Below, piece by piece: positions 51,996 to 63,486 of a stretch of DNA of 64,000 nucleotides. Each line of letters starts with the position of its first letter. The first letter of the stretch is position 1. The translations under genes and the position numbers were made by a program. Origin of the DNA: Candidatus Dadabacteria bacterium (lineage in GTDB: Bacteria; Desulfobacterota_D; UBA1144; Nemesobacterales; CSP1-2); the NCBI GenBank assembly GCA_963805855.1, contig CAWDVW010000007.1, positions 480,001 to 544,000 of the forward strand, read 5' to 3'. The notes beneath the pieces were generated by a model that did no database searches, was not told where the DNA came from, and was given only the letters and a program-made list of their open reading frames with translations.

Positions 51996-54113
51996 CTAAT
52001 TAGAAGTTCCTTTGTAGTTTTCTATATCTTCTCCTAATGCTTCCTTTCTACTAAGTCTTATCCTGCCGTCATCATCCTTGCCGATACATTTCACAAGTAT
52101 TTCATCACCCTCTACAACGATATCTGTAACCTTGCCAACCCTTGTAGGCGCCAGTTGCGAAATGTGAACCAACCCATCCTTACCGTGTGACAATTCAACT
52201 ATGGCCCCGAAATCAAGAACACGTTTTACTCTACCAAGATATATCTTGCCAACTTCAATTTCTTGTATGATTTCTTTTATCATCCTCTGTGCAGTTTCGC
52301 ATCCCTCTGGATCTGTAGATGAAACGCTAACAGTCCCCGAGTCATCGATATCAATATTAGCACCAGTTATTTCGATTATTTTCTTTATCATTTTACCACT
52401 GGGACCGATCACGTCCTTTATCTTTTCTGGATTGATCTGAAATGTTAAAATTCTGGGAGCGTAGACCGATATATGATCTCTCGGTTCGGAGATAACTTCG
52501 TTCATCTTACTTAATACGAATAGTCTCGCTTCTTTAGCCTGCTTCAGCGCATCTACTAAAATTTCTTTTGCGACACCCGTGACCTTAATGTCCATCTGAA
52601 GTGCGGTCACACCATCTTTAGTTCCTGCTACCTTAAAATCCATGTCGCCTAAATGGTCTTCATCACCGAGTATATCAGAGAGGATCGCAAATTGATCACC
52701 TTCCTTAATCAATCCCATTGCGATACCACTAACAGGAGCGCTGAGCGGGACACCTGCATCGAGGAGAGATAGCGACGCCCCACAAACGGTAGCCATAGAT
52801 GATGATCCATTAGATTCAAGTATCTCGGATACCACTCTTATGGTATATGGGAATTTATCCTTTGGCGGAAGAACCGGCAAAAGAGCCCTTTCGGCGAGGG
52901 CTCCATGACCAATTTCCCTTCTCCCAGGTCCTAGCCTCCCACTAATCTCTCCCACGCTAAAAGGAAGAAAGTTATAATGGAGCATGAACCTTTTAGTTAA
53001 ATCGCCTTCCAGTGAATCTATCCTCTGCTCATTATAGGCCGTGCCTAAAGTAGTACTGACTACTGCTTGAGTTTCACCCCTAGTAAATAGGGCCGATCCA
53101 TGCGCACGGGGCAAAAATTCTATTTCTGCACTTATATCCCTGATATCTTCATACCTTCTGCCATCTACCCTCTTTTCGTCCTTTACTATAAATTCTCTGA
53201 CAACGCCTTTTAACACTTTCTCGAAGGCATTCGTTATCTCATTTTCCATTCCTGGAAAGTCAGTAGATACAGTTTCAATAGTTTCGTGAAGTATAGATTT
53301 TATTTTCTCCTTTCTTTCGATCTTTGAGGTAGATACTAAAGATTCGACCAGGCGATTTTTGACAAACGATAGTACACCCTCGTTGATCGATTCAGCCACA
53401 GCCGATACAGGTATTTCCCTCTTTCTTATATCCAATCCAGTTAATAGTTCTTCTTGAATTTCGATAAATTCCTTTACGCGCTCATGGGCAAACATAAGTG
53501 CTTCAACTATTTCAGCTTCAGCCACTTGATCGGCACCGCCCTCAACCATCACAATTGCTTTGCTTGTACCCGCGACTACGATGTCTATATCGCTTTGTCG
53601 AAGTTCAGACCTTGTTGGATTGCAAATAAACTCACCCCCTATTCTCGCTACACGGACCGCAGCAATCGGGCCGTCGAAGGGTACGTCCGACACCACGAGT
53701 GCAGCCGATGCTGCCGTGACAGAGAGTACGTCGGGTGTATTTTCGGGGTCTGCCGAAAGCACTGTAACTATCATCTGAGTTTCATAACAGAATTCTTTCG
53801 GTATAAGTGGTCTTATCGGTCTGTCGATTAGTCTTGAAATCAGGATTTCGGTCTCGCTTGGCCTTCCTTCCCTTCGGAAATAACCCCCAGGGATTCTACC
53901 GGCGGCATAAGACTTTTCCTGATAATTTATGGTTAACGGTAGAAAGTCTTCCCCTTCGACCCGGTCCTCCTCGGCTACCACCGTAGCCAAGACCACGATA
54001 TCCCCATGGCGAACTAAAACAGCTCCACTAGCTTGTTTCGCGAGCTTTCCAACCTCGATTTCGAAATTCTTTCCCAGTACTTGTTTCTTAACGCCTTTAA
54101 AACCAATATTCAA
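51996..54113 (-). CDS. pnp: Polyribonucleotide nucleotidyltransferase
   Basis: GRIPGGYFRREGRP, RREIGHG, ESNGSSSMA, GDMDFKVAG; KH and S1 domains; TTG start. Confidence 0.98.
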   Translation of the reverse strand: MNIGFKGVKKQVLGKNFEIEVGKLAKQASGAVLVRHGDIVVLATVVAEEDRVEGEDFLPLTINYQEKSYAAGRIPGGYFRREGRPSETEILISRLIDRPIRPLIPKEFCYETQMIVTVLSADPENTPDVLSVTAASAALVVSDVPFDGPIAAVRVARIGGEFICNPTRSELRQSDIDIVVAGTSKAIVMVEGGADQVAEAEIVEALMFAHERVKEFIEIQEELLTGLDIRKREIPVSAVAESINEGVLSFVKNRLVESLVSTSKIERKEKIKSILHETIETVSTDFPGMENEITNAFEKVLKGVVREFIVKDEKRVDGRRYEDIRDISAEIEFLPRAHGSALFTRGETQAVVSTTLGTAYNEQRIDSLEGDLTKRFMLHYNFLPFSVGEISGRLGPGRREIGHGALAERALLPVLPPKDKFPYTIRVVSEILESNGSSSMATVCGASLSLLDAGVPLSAPVSGIAMGLIKEGDQFAILSDILGDEDHLGDMDFKVAGTKDGVTALQMDIKVTGVAKEILVDALKQAKEARLFVLSKMNEVISEPRDHISVYAPRILTFQINPEKIKDVIGPSGKMIKKIIEITGANIDIDDSGTVSVSSTDPEGCETAQRMIKEIIQEIEVGKIYLGRVKRVLDFGAIVELSHGKDGLVHISQLAPTRVGKVTDIVVEGDEILVKCIGKDDDGRIRLSRKEALGEDIENYKGTSN

Positions 54114-54134
54114 CTAATTCCTCCTTGAAGTTAC

Positions 54135-54404
54135 TTACTTTCTTAATCCAAGTTTTTCAATTAAAGCCTGGTATTTTCCCGGTTGCTTCTTCTTCAGGTA
54201 ATTGAGCAATTTTCTACGTTTTGCAACGAGGGAGAGAAGCCCTCGTCTCGAACTCAAATCCTTTGATGCAGATTGCAGATGACTTGAAAGTCCCTTTATT
54301 CGACTCGTCAATAAAGCAACCTGTACCTCAGACGACCCTACGTCTTTGTCGTGTAAACCAAAGTTATTTATCAAACTCAATTTTTCCTCTTTCTCTAACA
54401 CCAT
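54135..54404 (-). CDS. rpsO: 30S ribosomal protein S15
   Basis: [38 protein letters not shown] at 54404 with AGGAG upstream. Confidence 0.95.
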   Translation of the reverse strand: MVLEKEEKLSLINNFGLHDKDVGSSEVQVALLTSRIKGLSSHLQSASKDLSSRRGLLSLVAKRRKLLNYLKKKQPGKYQALIEKLGLRK

Positions 54405-54489
54405 ATTTGCTCTCCTTAATACATTTTCTCTGAAAAAGTTAACTATCGACAAATAATCTTACTAATATTATAGAATAGTCAAATTGAAT

Positions 54490-55404
54490 CTATGAATTAA
54501 AAACCCTCAAATGACTGAAGATAATTTGCTGATCCTCAATTTTGCTGAAATCACGAGAACTGAATCTGGCCTGCGATACAGAGATAAGATCAGTATTATC
54601 ATAAAAAGCTAACCTTTCACCAGCTTCAAACTCAGGGATGTTCGACAAATCAAGATAAGATTTACGAACCTGTTCGCCATTCCTGATTCTAATGGACGTA
54701 TTCTTCGCCACATATACATGCTTAAGGTGGGAAAGAGCCCTGTCTATTGGTATTAGATTTAACTCTCCACGCATTATTTCCTCTATCGTAATTGTATCTT
54801 CAATCTTGAAATTCCCGCTCTTTAATCTTCTCAGATCAACCAAATGGCCCCCATATCCTAATTTGCTCCCAATGTCTGCAGCTAGGACTCTCACATAAGT
54901 ACCTCGAGAACATTTGACAAAAAATTTCAGTAACGGGGACCGAAAGTCCAAAATTTCTAATTCCGCTATCTTAACCGCACGAAGGGGCCTCTGCACCTCA
55001 ATGCCATTTCTCGCCAGTTCATATAATCTCCTACCTCTCTGTTTCAGGGCTGAATACATCGGCGGTAACTGCATTGGTTCATTCTTAACACAGGCGAAAG
55101 CAGTCTCAATATCATTTAAACTTATTTCATCTAGCTCCTTCACATTGGTTATTTCCCCCGTCTCATCCATGGTGTCAGTAGTTACACCGAGTTTCAAAGT
55201 AGCTTCATACTCTTTATAGGTTTCATCTAGAAATGGAATGACTTTTGTTGCATTATTCAAACATACCGGAAGAACCCCGGTGGCAAATGGGTCAAGTGTA
55301 CCCGTGTGGCCCGCGCGCCTCGCTTTCACAATTTTCTTTATATCGTGCACAACGACGTGTGATGTTTTGCCCTTGGGCTTGTCTACAAGTAATATTCCGT
55401 TCAT
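54490..55404 (-). CDS. truB: tRNA pseudouridine(55) synthase
   Basis: GHTGTLDPFATGVL, PPMYSALK, CSRGTYVR. Confidence 0.97.
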   Translation of the reverse strand: MNGILLVDKPKGKTSHVVVHDIKKIVKARRAGHTGTLDPFATGVLPVCLNNATKVIPFLDETYKEYEATLKLGVTTDTMDETGEITNVKELDEISLNDIETAFACVKNEPMQLPPMYSALKQRGRRLYELARNGIEVQRPLRAVKIAELEILDFRSPLLKFFVKCSRGTYVRVLAADIGSKLGYGGHLVDLRRLKSGNFKIEDTITIEEIMRGELNLIPIDRALSHLKHVYVAKNTSIRIRNGEQVRKSYLDLSNIPEFEAGERLAFYDNTDLISVSQARFSSRDFSKIEDQQIIFSHLRVFNS

Positions 55405-56390
55405 GTCAATTGTTCGGTTATAGAACTATAAATCCGATGTTTTACATCATTCAATGAACCCTTAAGCATGCATCCAGCCGATCTTTTGTGGCCTCCACCG
55501 CAAAAGGTCTCCGCTACCGTCGCTACGTCGACTTCTCCCTTGGATCGCAGACTAACCTTCCAAAAGGATTCTGAATGATTAATCTTCTCCAATTCATTAA
55601 ACAACACAGCAACTTCTACACCCTTTACACTACGAGGATAATTTACAATTCCTTCGGAATCTTCACCAGTAGTACACGTCCTGTTAAACATTTCCTTGTT
55701 AAGAATTACGGAAGCAATACGCCCGTTTTCTAAGAGTTCAAGTGTCGAGATCGCTAGGCCTATCAACTGTAATCTTTCAGGACTTTCACTCTCATATAGG
55801 GCTTGAGATATATCTGATGGGTTTGCTCCATGTTCCACCAGTTCAGCTGCGACCCTGAAAGTTTCCGGGCTTGTGTTCGAGTACCTAAATGAGCCTGTAT
55901 CTCCAACTATTGTTGTGTATAGGTTAGTAGCTATGTCTGGGTTGATCTCCAGGTTAAGCTCCCTTATTAGTAAATGGACTATCATTCCTGTTGATGAGAC
56001 AGCCGGATCGAGAAGGTATAAATCGGCGGTAGCCCGAGTAGTTTGGTGATGGTCTACGATAACGGATGTTCCGCAAGTGTTTTTATTCATAAAATTTAAA
56101 AATTCCTTTCCTACCCTAGAGACATCGGTGCAGTCCAGGATTATGGTACAATCAAAACTACCTCGCACATTCGTCAACGATTTAATCACCGATCTTGAGC
56201 CCGGGAGAAAGTCTAAGACTTTGGGAACGCCGTCCTTATTATAACAAACGACCTCTTTCTCAAATCGTGTGAGGACTAATCCAAGGGCAAGCATTGAACC
56301 TAACGCATCAGCGTCCGGCCTCTCATGGGAAGCGATAAGAATGCGTTTTGAATTTTGGATAACCTCTACCACTCTGAATAGATTATTCAT
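55401..56390 (-). CDS. nrnA: DHH/DHHA1 phosphoesterase (NrnA-like)
   Basis: HERPDADALGS, VDHH, DTGSF, SLRS, GGGH; typical position between rbfA and truB. Confidence 0.9.
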   Translation of the reverse strand: MNNLFRVVEVIQNSKRILIASHERPDADALGSMLALGLVLTRFEKEVVCYNKDGVPKVLDFLPGSRSVIKSLTNVRGSFDCTIILDCTDVSRVGKEFLNFMNKNTCGTSVIVDHHQTTRATADLYLLDPAVSSTGMIVHLLIRELNLEINPDIATNLYTTIVGDTGSFRYSNTSPETFRVAAELVEHGANPSDISQALYESESPERLQLIGLAISTLELLENGRIASVILNKEMFNRTCTTGEDSEGIVNYPRSVKGVEVAVLFNELEKINHSESFWKVSLRSKGEVDVATVAETFCGGGHKRSAGCMLKGSLNDVKHRIYSSITEQLT

Positions 56391-56733
56391 CTTTAGTTTT
56401 CCTTAAGAGTTCATCAACCCTGTAACCCTCTTGCAGAGCCTCGTCAAATTCGAATTTGAGGTCGGGAATCCGTCTAATCCTAAGCCGCTTGGAAAGTTCC
56501 CTCTTGATATAACTCGAGGCACTTTGGAGCCCCTCCATTATATTCTGCTTGTCAATCTGATCACCGATAACCGTGAAATAAACCCTAGCAAATCCAAGGT
56601 CGTCGGTTAATTTTATGCCGGTGAGAACAACAGGCTCAATCCGAGGATCCCTTACATTACCCTTGATTAACATCTCGGATATCTCTTTTAGAATCATATC
56701 ACCCACCCTGAGGCTGCGTTTACTGCCCAACAT
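56383..56733 (-). CDS. rbfA: Ribosome-binding factor A
   Basis: RVGDMI, VRDPRI, RRIPDLKFEFD. Confidence 0.95.
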   Translation of the reverse strand: MLGSKRSLRVGDMILKEISEMLIKGNVRDPRIEPVVLTGIKLTDDLGFARVYFTVIGDQIDKQNIMEGLQSASSYIKRELSKRLRIRRIPDLKFEFDEALQEGYRVDELLRKTKDE

Positions 56734-56745
56734 CGGACTGATCTC

Positions 56746-57036
56746 CTAGAAAAAAATTATTTCCAATTCTCGACTTACCATATGAGCAATCCCAGTCGAT
56801 TCTATAAATCCAGATACCTGATCCAAAATCGAATTGACATAGTTTTTCTCGTTACTAACTATTGTGATTCCAAGAGTGGCCCTCTGCCACATATCCTGAG
56901 AATCTACCTCGGAGATTGAAACGTTCGAGAATCGCGATTTGGTTCTATGGATCAGACTTTTGAGAAGTTGTCTCTTTCCTTTGAGGGATCTATTTCCATC
57001 CAAGTAGAGCTCAATTCTGAGAACACCTATAACCAT
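56746..57036 (-). CDS. DUF503 (YlxP-like) protein
   Basis: SLKGKR, FSNVSISEV..QD.WQR; typical position downstream of infB. Confidence 0.9.
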   Translation of the reverse strand: MVIGVLRIELYLDGNRSLKGKRQLLKSLIHRTKSRFSNVSISEVDSQDMWQRATLGITIVSNEKNYVNSILDQVSGFIESTGIAHMVSRELEIIFF

Positions 57037-57046
57037 TTCTTTAGAG

Positions 57047-59653
57047 CTATAGCTCTTGTTTAATCTCTTCTAAATCATAAAACTCAAGCGTATCGCCGAC
57101 TTTGATATCATTGAAGTTCTCGATCCCTATCCCGCACTCAAATCCAGTCTGAACTTCTCTTACATCATCTTTAAAACGCTTAAGCGAGCTTATTCTTCCC
57201 TCGTATATCAAAACGCCATCCCTTACCAGCCTTACCTTATTTCCCCTGGAAATCTTTCCGTCTGTCACAATACAACCCGCAATCGTGCCAATCTTTGATA
57301 TGCTGAAAGTAGCTCTAACTTCGGCATGAGCCGAAACCCTTTCCTTGATTACTGGTTCTAGGAGTCCCTCCATTGCTTTTTTTATTCTATCAACAGCATC
57401 GTAAATAATTGTGTGAAGCTCTATGGAAACCCCTTCTCTTTCAGCCAAACTTAACGCGTTTACATCCGGACGCACATTGAAGCCTAAGACTATGGCATTC
57501 GACGCGACTGCAAGCGTTACATCCGTTTCATTTATTGCACCGGCGCCTGAATGCACGATATTCACACGACATTTATCTGTAGATAGTTTTGATACTGCAT
57601 CCTTAATAGCCTCAACAGAACCCTGTGTGTCTGCCTTAATTATGAGAAGGAGTTCTTTTACTTCCTCTTTTTGAATCGATTCGAATAGGTCTTCGAGCGA
57701 AAGCTTTCTTTTTGAAGCCGTCAATCGTTGTCTTTCTTTAATTTCCCTGTGTGTTACTAACTCCTTAGCTGTTTTTTCATCTTTTACTACGTACAATCTT
57801 TCCCCGGCACTAGGAACTCCCGAAAGACCCATCACTTCTACTGGCAATGACGGGCCCGCAGAATCTTTTTTATTTCCTTTATCATCGATAAGGGCTCGTA
57901 CCCTTCCATAGGCCGTACCTGCAACGACGTAATCGCCAACCCTTATAGTGCCTTCGTTTACAATTATCGTCGCTAACGGGCCTCTCCCTCTGCTCAGTTC
58001 GGCTTCTATCACTGCACCATTCGCTCTTTTATCCTCAATGGCTTTCAATTCCATTACATCTGCCTGTAATAACACCAAATCCAATAGCTCCTTAATCCCA
58101 ACATTATTTTTTGCGGAGACTCCGGCAAACAATGTGTCACCACCCCATTCCTCCGGCATCAAACCAATATCCGATAATTGTCTTTTAACCATATCCGGAT
58201 TTGACTCGGGCTTATCAACCTTGTTGATAGCTACAATAATCGGTACACCAGCTGCCTTTGCGTGGTTTATGGCTTCGACAGTCTGGGGCATTACTCCGTC
58301 ATCTGCGGCAACGACTAGGATAACTATATCAGTTACATTAGCACCTCGAGCCCTCATCGCAGTAAAAGCCTCGTGCCCCGGAGTATCTACAAAGACGACC
58401 TTTCTTTCGTCAACGCTCACACAGTAAGCTCCAATGTGCTGGGTAATTCCTCCGGTTTCCTCTCCAACAACGTTTGTCTTCCTTATGGTATCGAGAAGTG
58501 TTGTTTTTCCATGATCCACATGTCCCATAACCGTTACAATAGGCGGACGTGAGACATATTCACCCGTTACTTCTTGATCACGTTCAAACAGCAGTTCATC
58601 TTCCTCAAATTTATCTAATGTAACTTCGAAACCGAGTTCTTCTGCTACGATGGCGGCTGTTTCATGATCAATTGATTGGTTTACGGTATATTTCGCACCC
58701 AGATCCATCAACCTTTTGATAACTTCACCTGCCTTGACTCCCATCTTCTTTGCCAACTCCCCGACGATTATAGTATCCCCTAACTTTATACTTTTCTTAA
58801 TGGGTTTTGTTGGGAAAGGTATTATTTCTGCGGACGGTGCTTCATATTTACCAGGTTCAATATCTTTCGCGTAACCTTTGCGCATTGTTGAACCGGGTTT
58901 CTCCCTCTGGAGACTTCCTTGCGCAAACCTTACCCTCGATCTGCGATCTTCAACAAGGTATTCCCTTTTTCTTCCCGGGAGTTTAGTTTTAAACGCCCTG
59001 CGGAGCTCTTCAAGTGTATCTTCATCAATTATTTCTTCTCTTTTAGGTTTTACTTTACGTCCCTTCTTTTTTACTTTTGCCTCTTCGTCTTTTTCCCTAA
59101 CTTCTTCAACCCTTTTTGTTTCTTCTTTAGCCTCCTCCATCCGAAGTTCTCGTTCTTCCGTCTTTTCGGGACTCACTTCCCCACCAGTTTCCGGTTCCGG
59201 CATCGGCCGTTCTTCCATGATTTCAGTTTCAATCTCCTTTGTTTCCTCAGATGCCTGTTCAGTAGCTGTTAATTGAGTTTCTACCGGTGCTTTCTCTGTA
59301 GTTTTGCCCACCTCTTCTTCAATTAATTGAGCGGCTTTGACCTCAGGTTCTTTTGCCTTTTTCTTTTTCCTTAAAATGACGGAACTACCCTTTCTCCTCT
59401 CTACAACCTCTTCGCCGCTGTCTGAACGGAAGACCGTCACCTTTTCATCGGTCTTTTCAGCTTCTTCGGCTGACGATGATAGGTCCTGCGTATCCGCCGT
59501 CTTAAGATTTTTCTTTATTTTTTCTGCATCTTCACCTGAGATAGAACTCGCATGACTTCGAACTGAAATTCCAAGTCTATTCGCAATCTCGATAACCTCT
59601 TTATTTGATAAACCCAATTCTTTTGAAAATTCGTAAACCCTTACGTTTGCCAT
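57047..59653 (-). CDS. infB: Translation initiation factor IF-2
   Basis: [47 protein letters not shown]. Confidence 0.98.
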   Translation of the reverse strand: MANVRVYEFSKELGLSNKEVIEIANRLGISVRSHASSISGEDAEKIKKNLKTADTQDLSSSAEEAEKTDEKVTVFRSDSGEEVVERRKGSSVILRKKKKAKEPEVKAAQLIEEEVGKTTEKAPVETQLTATEQASEETKEIETEIMEERPMPEPETGGEVSPEKTEERELRMEEAKEETKRVEEVREKDEEAKVKKKGRKVKPKREEIIDEDTLEELRRAFKTKLPGRKREYLVEDRRSRVRFAQGSLQREKPGSTMRKGYAKDIEPGKYEAPSAEIIPFPTKPIKKSIKLGDTIIVGELAKKMGVKAGEVIKRLMDLGAKYTVNQSIDHETAAIVAEELGFEVTLDKFEEDELLFERDQEVTGEYVSRPPIVTVMGHVDHGKTTLLDTIRKTNVVGEETGGITQHIGAYCVSVDERKVVFVDTPGHEAFTAMRARGANVTDIVILVVAADDGVMPQTVEAINHAKAAGVPIIVAINKVDKPESNPDMVKRQLSDIGLMPEEWGGDTLFAGVSAKNNVGIKELLDLVLLQADVMELKAIEDKRANGAVIEAELSRGRGPLATIIVNEGTIRVGDYVVAGTAYGRVRALIDDKGNKKDSAGPSLPVEVMGLSGVPSAGERLYVVKDEKTAKELVTHREIKERQRLTASKRKLSLEDLFESIQKEEVKELLLIIKADTQGSVEAIKDAVSKLSTDKCRVNIVHSGAGAINETDVTLAVASNAIVLGFNVRPDVNALSLAEREGVSIELHTIIYDAVDRIKKAMEGLLEPVIKERVSAHAEVRATFSISKIGTIAGCIVTDGKISRGNKVRLVRDGVLIYEGRISSLKRFKDDVREVQTGFECGIGIENFNDIKVGDTLEFYDLEEIKQEL

Positions 59654-59823
59654 AACTTTTATACTCTACTCTTTAACCCATCTGCTTAATTTGCTTAAAT
59701 TTTTTATAAGATACCAACTAAACTAATACTATTCAAAAAGCTTTAATATAAACCAACCGTAATCGATCCGTATAATTTAGCTCAAAATCACGAAATTCAT
59801 GATATCGAGACATCTTTACCTAA

Positions 59824-61122
59824 TCAGCTTTCCTCAGGCTCGGCCGATGGATGTTCAGGAACAGACAACTTGTCGAGTTTATCCTTGAGAGCGATTCTAG
59901 CTGCAGTCTGAATTTTCTGGGCCTCCTCGTCGGTCTTTAAACCTGCCACTTTGACCAACGTATCGCGGTCCGAGAATGCAATATCTTCTAAAGTGTGAAA
60001 TCCCTCGCTATACAAAAGATTGGCAGTTACCTCTCCAACGTTCGGCAATGTCATAAGGAGTGAAACTACCTCTTGTTGTTCTTTTTTAACCTGCGATTCG
60101 GTCTTTATATCTATCTTCCACTGTGTAAGTTGCGAAGCAAGTCTGACATTCTGACCCCTTCTACCTATCGCCAATGAAAGCTGGTCATCATCCACTATTA
60201 CTTCCATAGATTTATCGCTTTCGTCAATTATGACCTTACTCACAATTGCCGGGGAAAGAGAATTACATACAAACTTGGCGGGATCCGTTGCCCAGGGCAC
60301 TATATCAATCTTTTCTCCCCTTAATTCTTGAATGATATTCTGCACCCTTGACCCTCTCATGCCAACACATGCTCCGACAGCATCCACATCAGAATCATTC
60401 GAATAAACTGCTATCTTTGTACGGCCCCCTGGATCTCTTGAAATCGACTTTATTCCGACAATACCCTCACTTATTTCAGGAACCTCAGCCTCAAAAAGCC
60501 TGCTGACAAAGCTTGGATGTGCACGGGAAAGTATAAGTTGTGGGCCACGCTTTGTTTCTTTTATGTCATAGAGAATCGCCCTTATTCTTTCCTTTGGCTT
60601 ATAGTATTCTTTTGCAACCTGATGCTCGTATGGAAGAATGGTTTCGGTCCTCCCGAGGTCTACGATTACGTTTTTCCTCTCAATCCTTCTAACTATTCCA
60701 CTAACGAGTTCGCCTTTTCTGTTAATAAATTCTTCATATATAACCTTTCCTTCTGCTTCCTTTAACTTCTGCAATATCTTTTGCTTCGCATTCTGAATTG
60801 CAATTCTGGTAAACTCCGGATTTATTTTTACTCCTATCAAGTCTCCGACTTCTGACTCTGGATCAAGTGCCCTTGCTTCTTCGACACTAATTTCAAGTTC
60901 GGGGTCTTCGACTTCTCTTACTACGGTTTTAAATTCAAATAACTCGACCTCTCCTTCCTCATCGTTGAAATGCACTTCAAGCTCTTTCTCTTTGCCTTCT
61001 GTGCGAAATAGCCTCTGTGCCGCCGAGAGCACCGCTTCTTCGACTGCTCTCACTATTTCATCCCTCTCGATCCCTTTATCCTTTCCAACCGATTCCATAA
61101 CTCTGCTTAGTTCCGTAGCCAT
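59824..61122 (-). CDS. nusA: Transcription termination/antitermination factor NusA
   Basis: EVPEI, RDPGGRTKIAV, GACVGMRGSRV, LSLAIGRRGQNVRLA. Confidence 0.97.
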   Translation of the reverse strand: MATELSRVMESVGKDKGIERDEIVRAVEEAVLSAAQRLFRTEGKEKELEVHFNDEEGEVELFEFKTVVREVEDPELEISVEEARALDPESEVGDLIGVKINPEFTRIAIQNAKQKILQKLKEAEGKVIYEEFINRKGELVSGIVRRIERKNVIVDLGRTETILPYEHQVAKEYYKPKERIRAILYDIKETKRGPQLILSRAHPSFVSRLFEAEVPEISEGIVGIKSISRDPGGRTKIAVYSNDSDVDAVGACVGMRGSRVQNIIQELRGEKIDIVPWATDPAKFVCNSLSPAIVSKVIIDESDKSMEVIVDDDQLSLAIGRRGQNVRLASQLTQWKIDIKTESQVKKEQQEVVSLLMTLPNVGEVTANLLYSEGFHTLEDIAFSDRDTLVKVAGLKTDEEAQKIQTAARIALKDKLDKLSVPEHPSAEPEES

Positions 61123-61133
61123 ATGTTATCCCC

Positions 61134-61613
61134 CTAAAGCTCTAATTCTAAATTGGCTTTCTCGATATCATAAAATGGAATATCATAAACTTCACCCTCT
61201 ACCTGAATCGATGCAACATCATCATGAAAATCGATTAAATGGCCAATAAATACCCTTCTTTGATATAGATTTTCTTTAGTTTTAATTTTTACCTTCTTCC
61301 CTTTAAATCGTTTAAAGTCCTTTGAATCCTTAAGCACTCGATTCAAGCCGGGTGAAGATACCTCGAGGGTGTATGAATACGGTATTACATCATGCAAGTC
61401 TAAGAGAAAACCAAACTCACGACTAATATCAGCGCAATCTTCAACTGTTATACCATTTTCCTTATCTATGAAAATTCTGAGTACGCTCCCCCGACCACCG
61501 CCCGCATATTCTATATCGACTAGTTCGAGCCCTTTTTCCTGCAATATCGGGTCTAACAAATTCTTAATTGTTTCAATTAGATCTGGTTTCTCAAAACGCA
61601 TGCGCGCACTCAC
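61134..61613 (-). CDS. rimP: Ribosome maturation factor RimP (start 61613 or 61601)
   Basis: LRIFID, GITVEDC, YTLEVSSPG. Confidence 0.95.
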   Translation of the reverse strand: MSARMRFEKPDLIETIKNLLDPILQEKGLELVDIEYAGGGRGSVLRIFIDKENGITVEDCADISREFGFLLDLHDVIPYSYTLEVSSPGLNRVLKDSKDFKRFKGKKVKIKTKENLYQRRVFIGHLIDFHDDVASIQVEGEVYDIPFYDIEKANLELEL

Positions 61614-61631
61614 ATTTATCTTTTTTAATTC

Positions 61632-61660
61632 AAATAAAAATGCGGGTAATATACCCGCAT
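61632..61660 (-). terminator. Terminator-like hairpin in the rimP leader (possible attenuator)
   Basis: Minus strand ATGCGGGTA-TAT-TACCCGCAT followed by TTTTATTT, just upstream of rimP. Confidence 0.6.
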
Positions 61661-61902
61661 CGTTTTAAAAAGTTACCTAATTTCGATTAATTGAGCAAAT
61701 CGAATAGTTATATAAAGGATATAAATATTCTAAACTTTCATTAGACTTAAGTCGCATTCCTCTATAGTCATACAATTAAATGGTGGCGTCGGTTTGGTAA
61801 ACCAAGTAAACAAAAAAGAGGGCTGAAAGTTGATCTCTCTATTCTAAAAATTGAATTTCCATCTTAAAATTGTTATATGTAATGCTTTAAGGGTTGACTA
61901 AA

Positions 61903-62397
61903 ATGGACCTCATAAGAAGAATGATTGGTGCTTCAAAACTTGATATAAACCTGTACGATGAGGTTGAGACCAACCCGGATCTTACAAAAGAAGCCTTCCT
62001 AGCTGTACTACTTGTTTCAATTTGCAATGGGATAGGAATGATAGGTATATCGGGCTCAATTGGCATAATAACTGGCCTGGTATCTTCAATTATAGCCTGG
62101 GTCTTATGGAGTGTTATAATTTACGTTATTGGAGTCAGGGGGTTTGGGCATTCCTCAGATCTGGGAGAACTCCTCAGATGTCTAGGCTTTGCTTATTCAC
62201 CCGGTATTTTAAACATTTTCATGCTGTTGCCATTTATTGGACATTTCGTTCCCTATATTACGTCGATTTGGGTATTTCTAACCTTCATAGTGGCTATAAG
62301 GCAAGCACTCGACTGTGAGACATCCAGAGCAATCCTTATTTCAGTACTGGGATTTCTAGCGTATGTAATCATTCGCTTCTTAATATTTTTCATTTGA
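61903..62397 (+). CDS. Yip1-family membrane protein
   Basis: RMIGASKLD..LYDEVE, ELLRCLGFAYSPG, VAIRQALD; multiple TM helices; ATG at 61903. Confidence 0.8.
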   Translation: MDLIRRMIGASKLDINLYDEVETNPDLTKEAFLAVLLVSICNGIGMIGISGSIGIITGLVSSIIAWVLWSVIIYVIGVRGFGHSSDLGELLRCLGFAYSPGILNIFMLLPFIGHFVPYITSIWVFLTFIVAIRQALDCETSRAILISVLGFLAYVIIRFLIFFI

Positions 62398-62560
62398 TCA
62401 TTCGAATTAGAAAAGCTGAATCGGCACCACGCCTCTATCTTTCGAATCACCCGAATCCACTCAAAAATCCTACCGGTAACAAGATCGCGCACATTATGAA
62501 TATGTGCACGACAAATCAACAACAGGAGCCTGTCTCTGGGGTCAGGCGTGAATAAATGAG

Positions 62561-62803
62561 TTATTTTTGTTTTTGATCTTCTTGTCTACTGTTTGTTGAA
62601 GGGTCTTTGCTGCTTGCCTCATCATGAACTTCATTCTTCTTGTCTTGTTTGCTTTCGTTTAAGAAGATCAATTCTTTGAGAGATAGCTGGGGATCGCCAC
62701 AGTGGAGGCTATACTGAGCACTTCGATCATACTCAGTGCAGGCTAGCCAAAGTACGATGACGAGAAAGACTACGAAATTAAAGGGTTGCTCCCTTTTTTC
62801 CAT
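62561..62803 (-). CDS. Possible small hypothetical protein
   Basis: 80-codon ORF with one hydrophobic stretch and a charged tail; no recognisable motif. Confidence 0.3.
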   Translation of the reverse strand: MEKREQPFNFVVFLVIVLWLACTEYDRSAQYSLHCGDPQLSLKELIFLNESKQDKKNEVHDEASSKDPSTNSRQEDQKQK

Positions 62804-63006
62804 TCTTTCAGGTGAAATAACTCTTTTCGGTGCGAAAAGAGCAGTGCTTGCGCCTTATTGTCTCACGAACTTGATCCTCGATAAAGTCGTCGGGGAGAAG
62901 TTTCTCGAGGCGTAGTCGCATAATTTTTTCTCTTACCCCTTTTGACTTTGGCATTGGTCTCATGCTATGTTTGATAGATACTCCAACTTATAAAGGAAGG
63001 AAAAAA

Positions 63007-63486
63007 ATGAAAGGCAACAAAAAGTTACTGGCAGTGCTCAACCAACTCCTCGCGGATGAGCTCACTGCCATCAATCAATACATGGTGCACTCAGAGATGT
63101 GCGACAATTGGGGCTACGATAAGCTCCACAAGGCCATTGAGGCACAAGCAAGGGACGAGATGCACCACGCTGAGTGGCTTATCCAGCGTATCCTCTTTCT
63201 AGAGGGCACGCCGATTGTCTCAAAGCTGAATCCGATCAAAATCGGCACAACTGTCCTTGAAATCATTACGGGCGACCAGAACGCTGAACTTTCAGCCGTG
63301 CATGCTTACAATGATGCCATAGCCCTGGCGCACGAAGTGGGGGACCAGGCTAGTGTTGACCTGTTGACCCGCATTCTCAAGATGGAAGAGGATCATGTGG
63401 ATTGGGCAGAAATGCAACGTGAGCAAATCGGGCAGATGGGTCTCGAGAATTACCTCACCAATCAAACAAGGGGCGCTACAGATTAA
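63007..63486 (+). CDS. bfr: Bacterioferritin
   Basis: MKG start, ELTAINQY..H, DEMHHA (heme Met plus ferroxidase residues), RILFLEG, EEDH; SD GGAAGGA. Confidence 0.95.
   Translation: MKGNKKLLAVLNQLLADELTAINQYMVHSEMCDNWGYDKLHKAIEAQARDEMHHAEWLIQRILFLEGTPIVSKLNPIKIGTTVLEIITGDQNAELSAVHAYNDAIALAHEVGDQASVDLLTRILKMEEDHVDWAEMQREQIGQMGLENYLTNQTRGATD

Noticed and set aside
59654-59823. Possible ylxR remnant between nusA and infB
   Set aside because: Only a 26-codon frame with no YlxR motif (no RxC or GRGAY) is present.
61781-61810. Minus-strand ...CCGACGCCACCA resembling a tRNA 3' end
   Set aside because: No TTCGA T-loop, acceptor strand too short, and no cloverleaf upstream.
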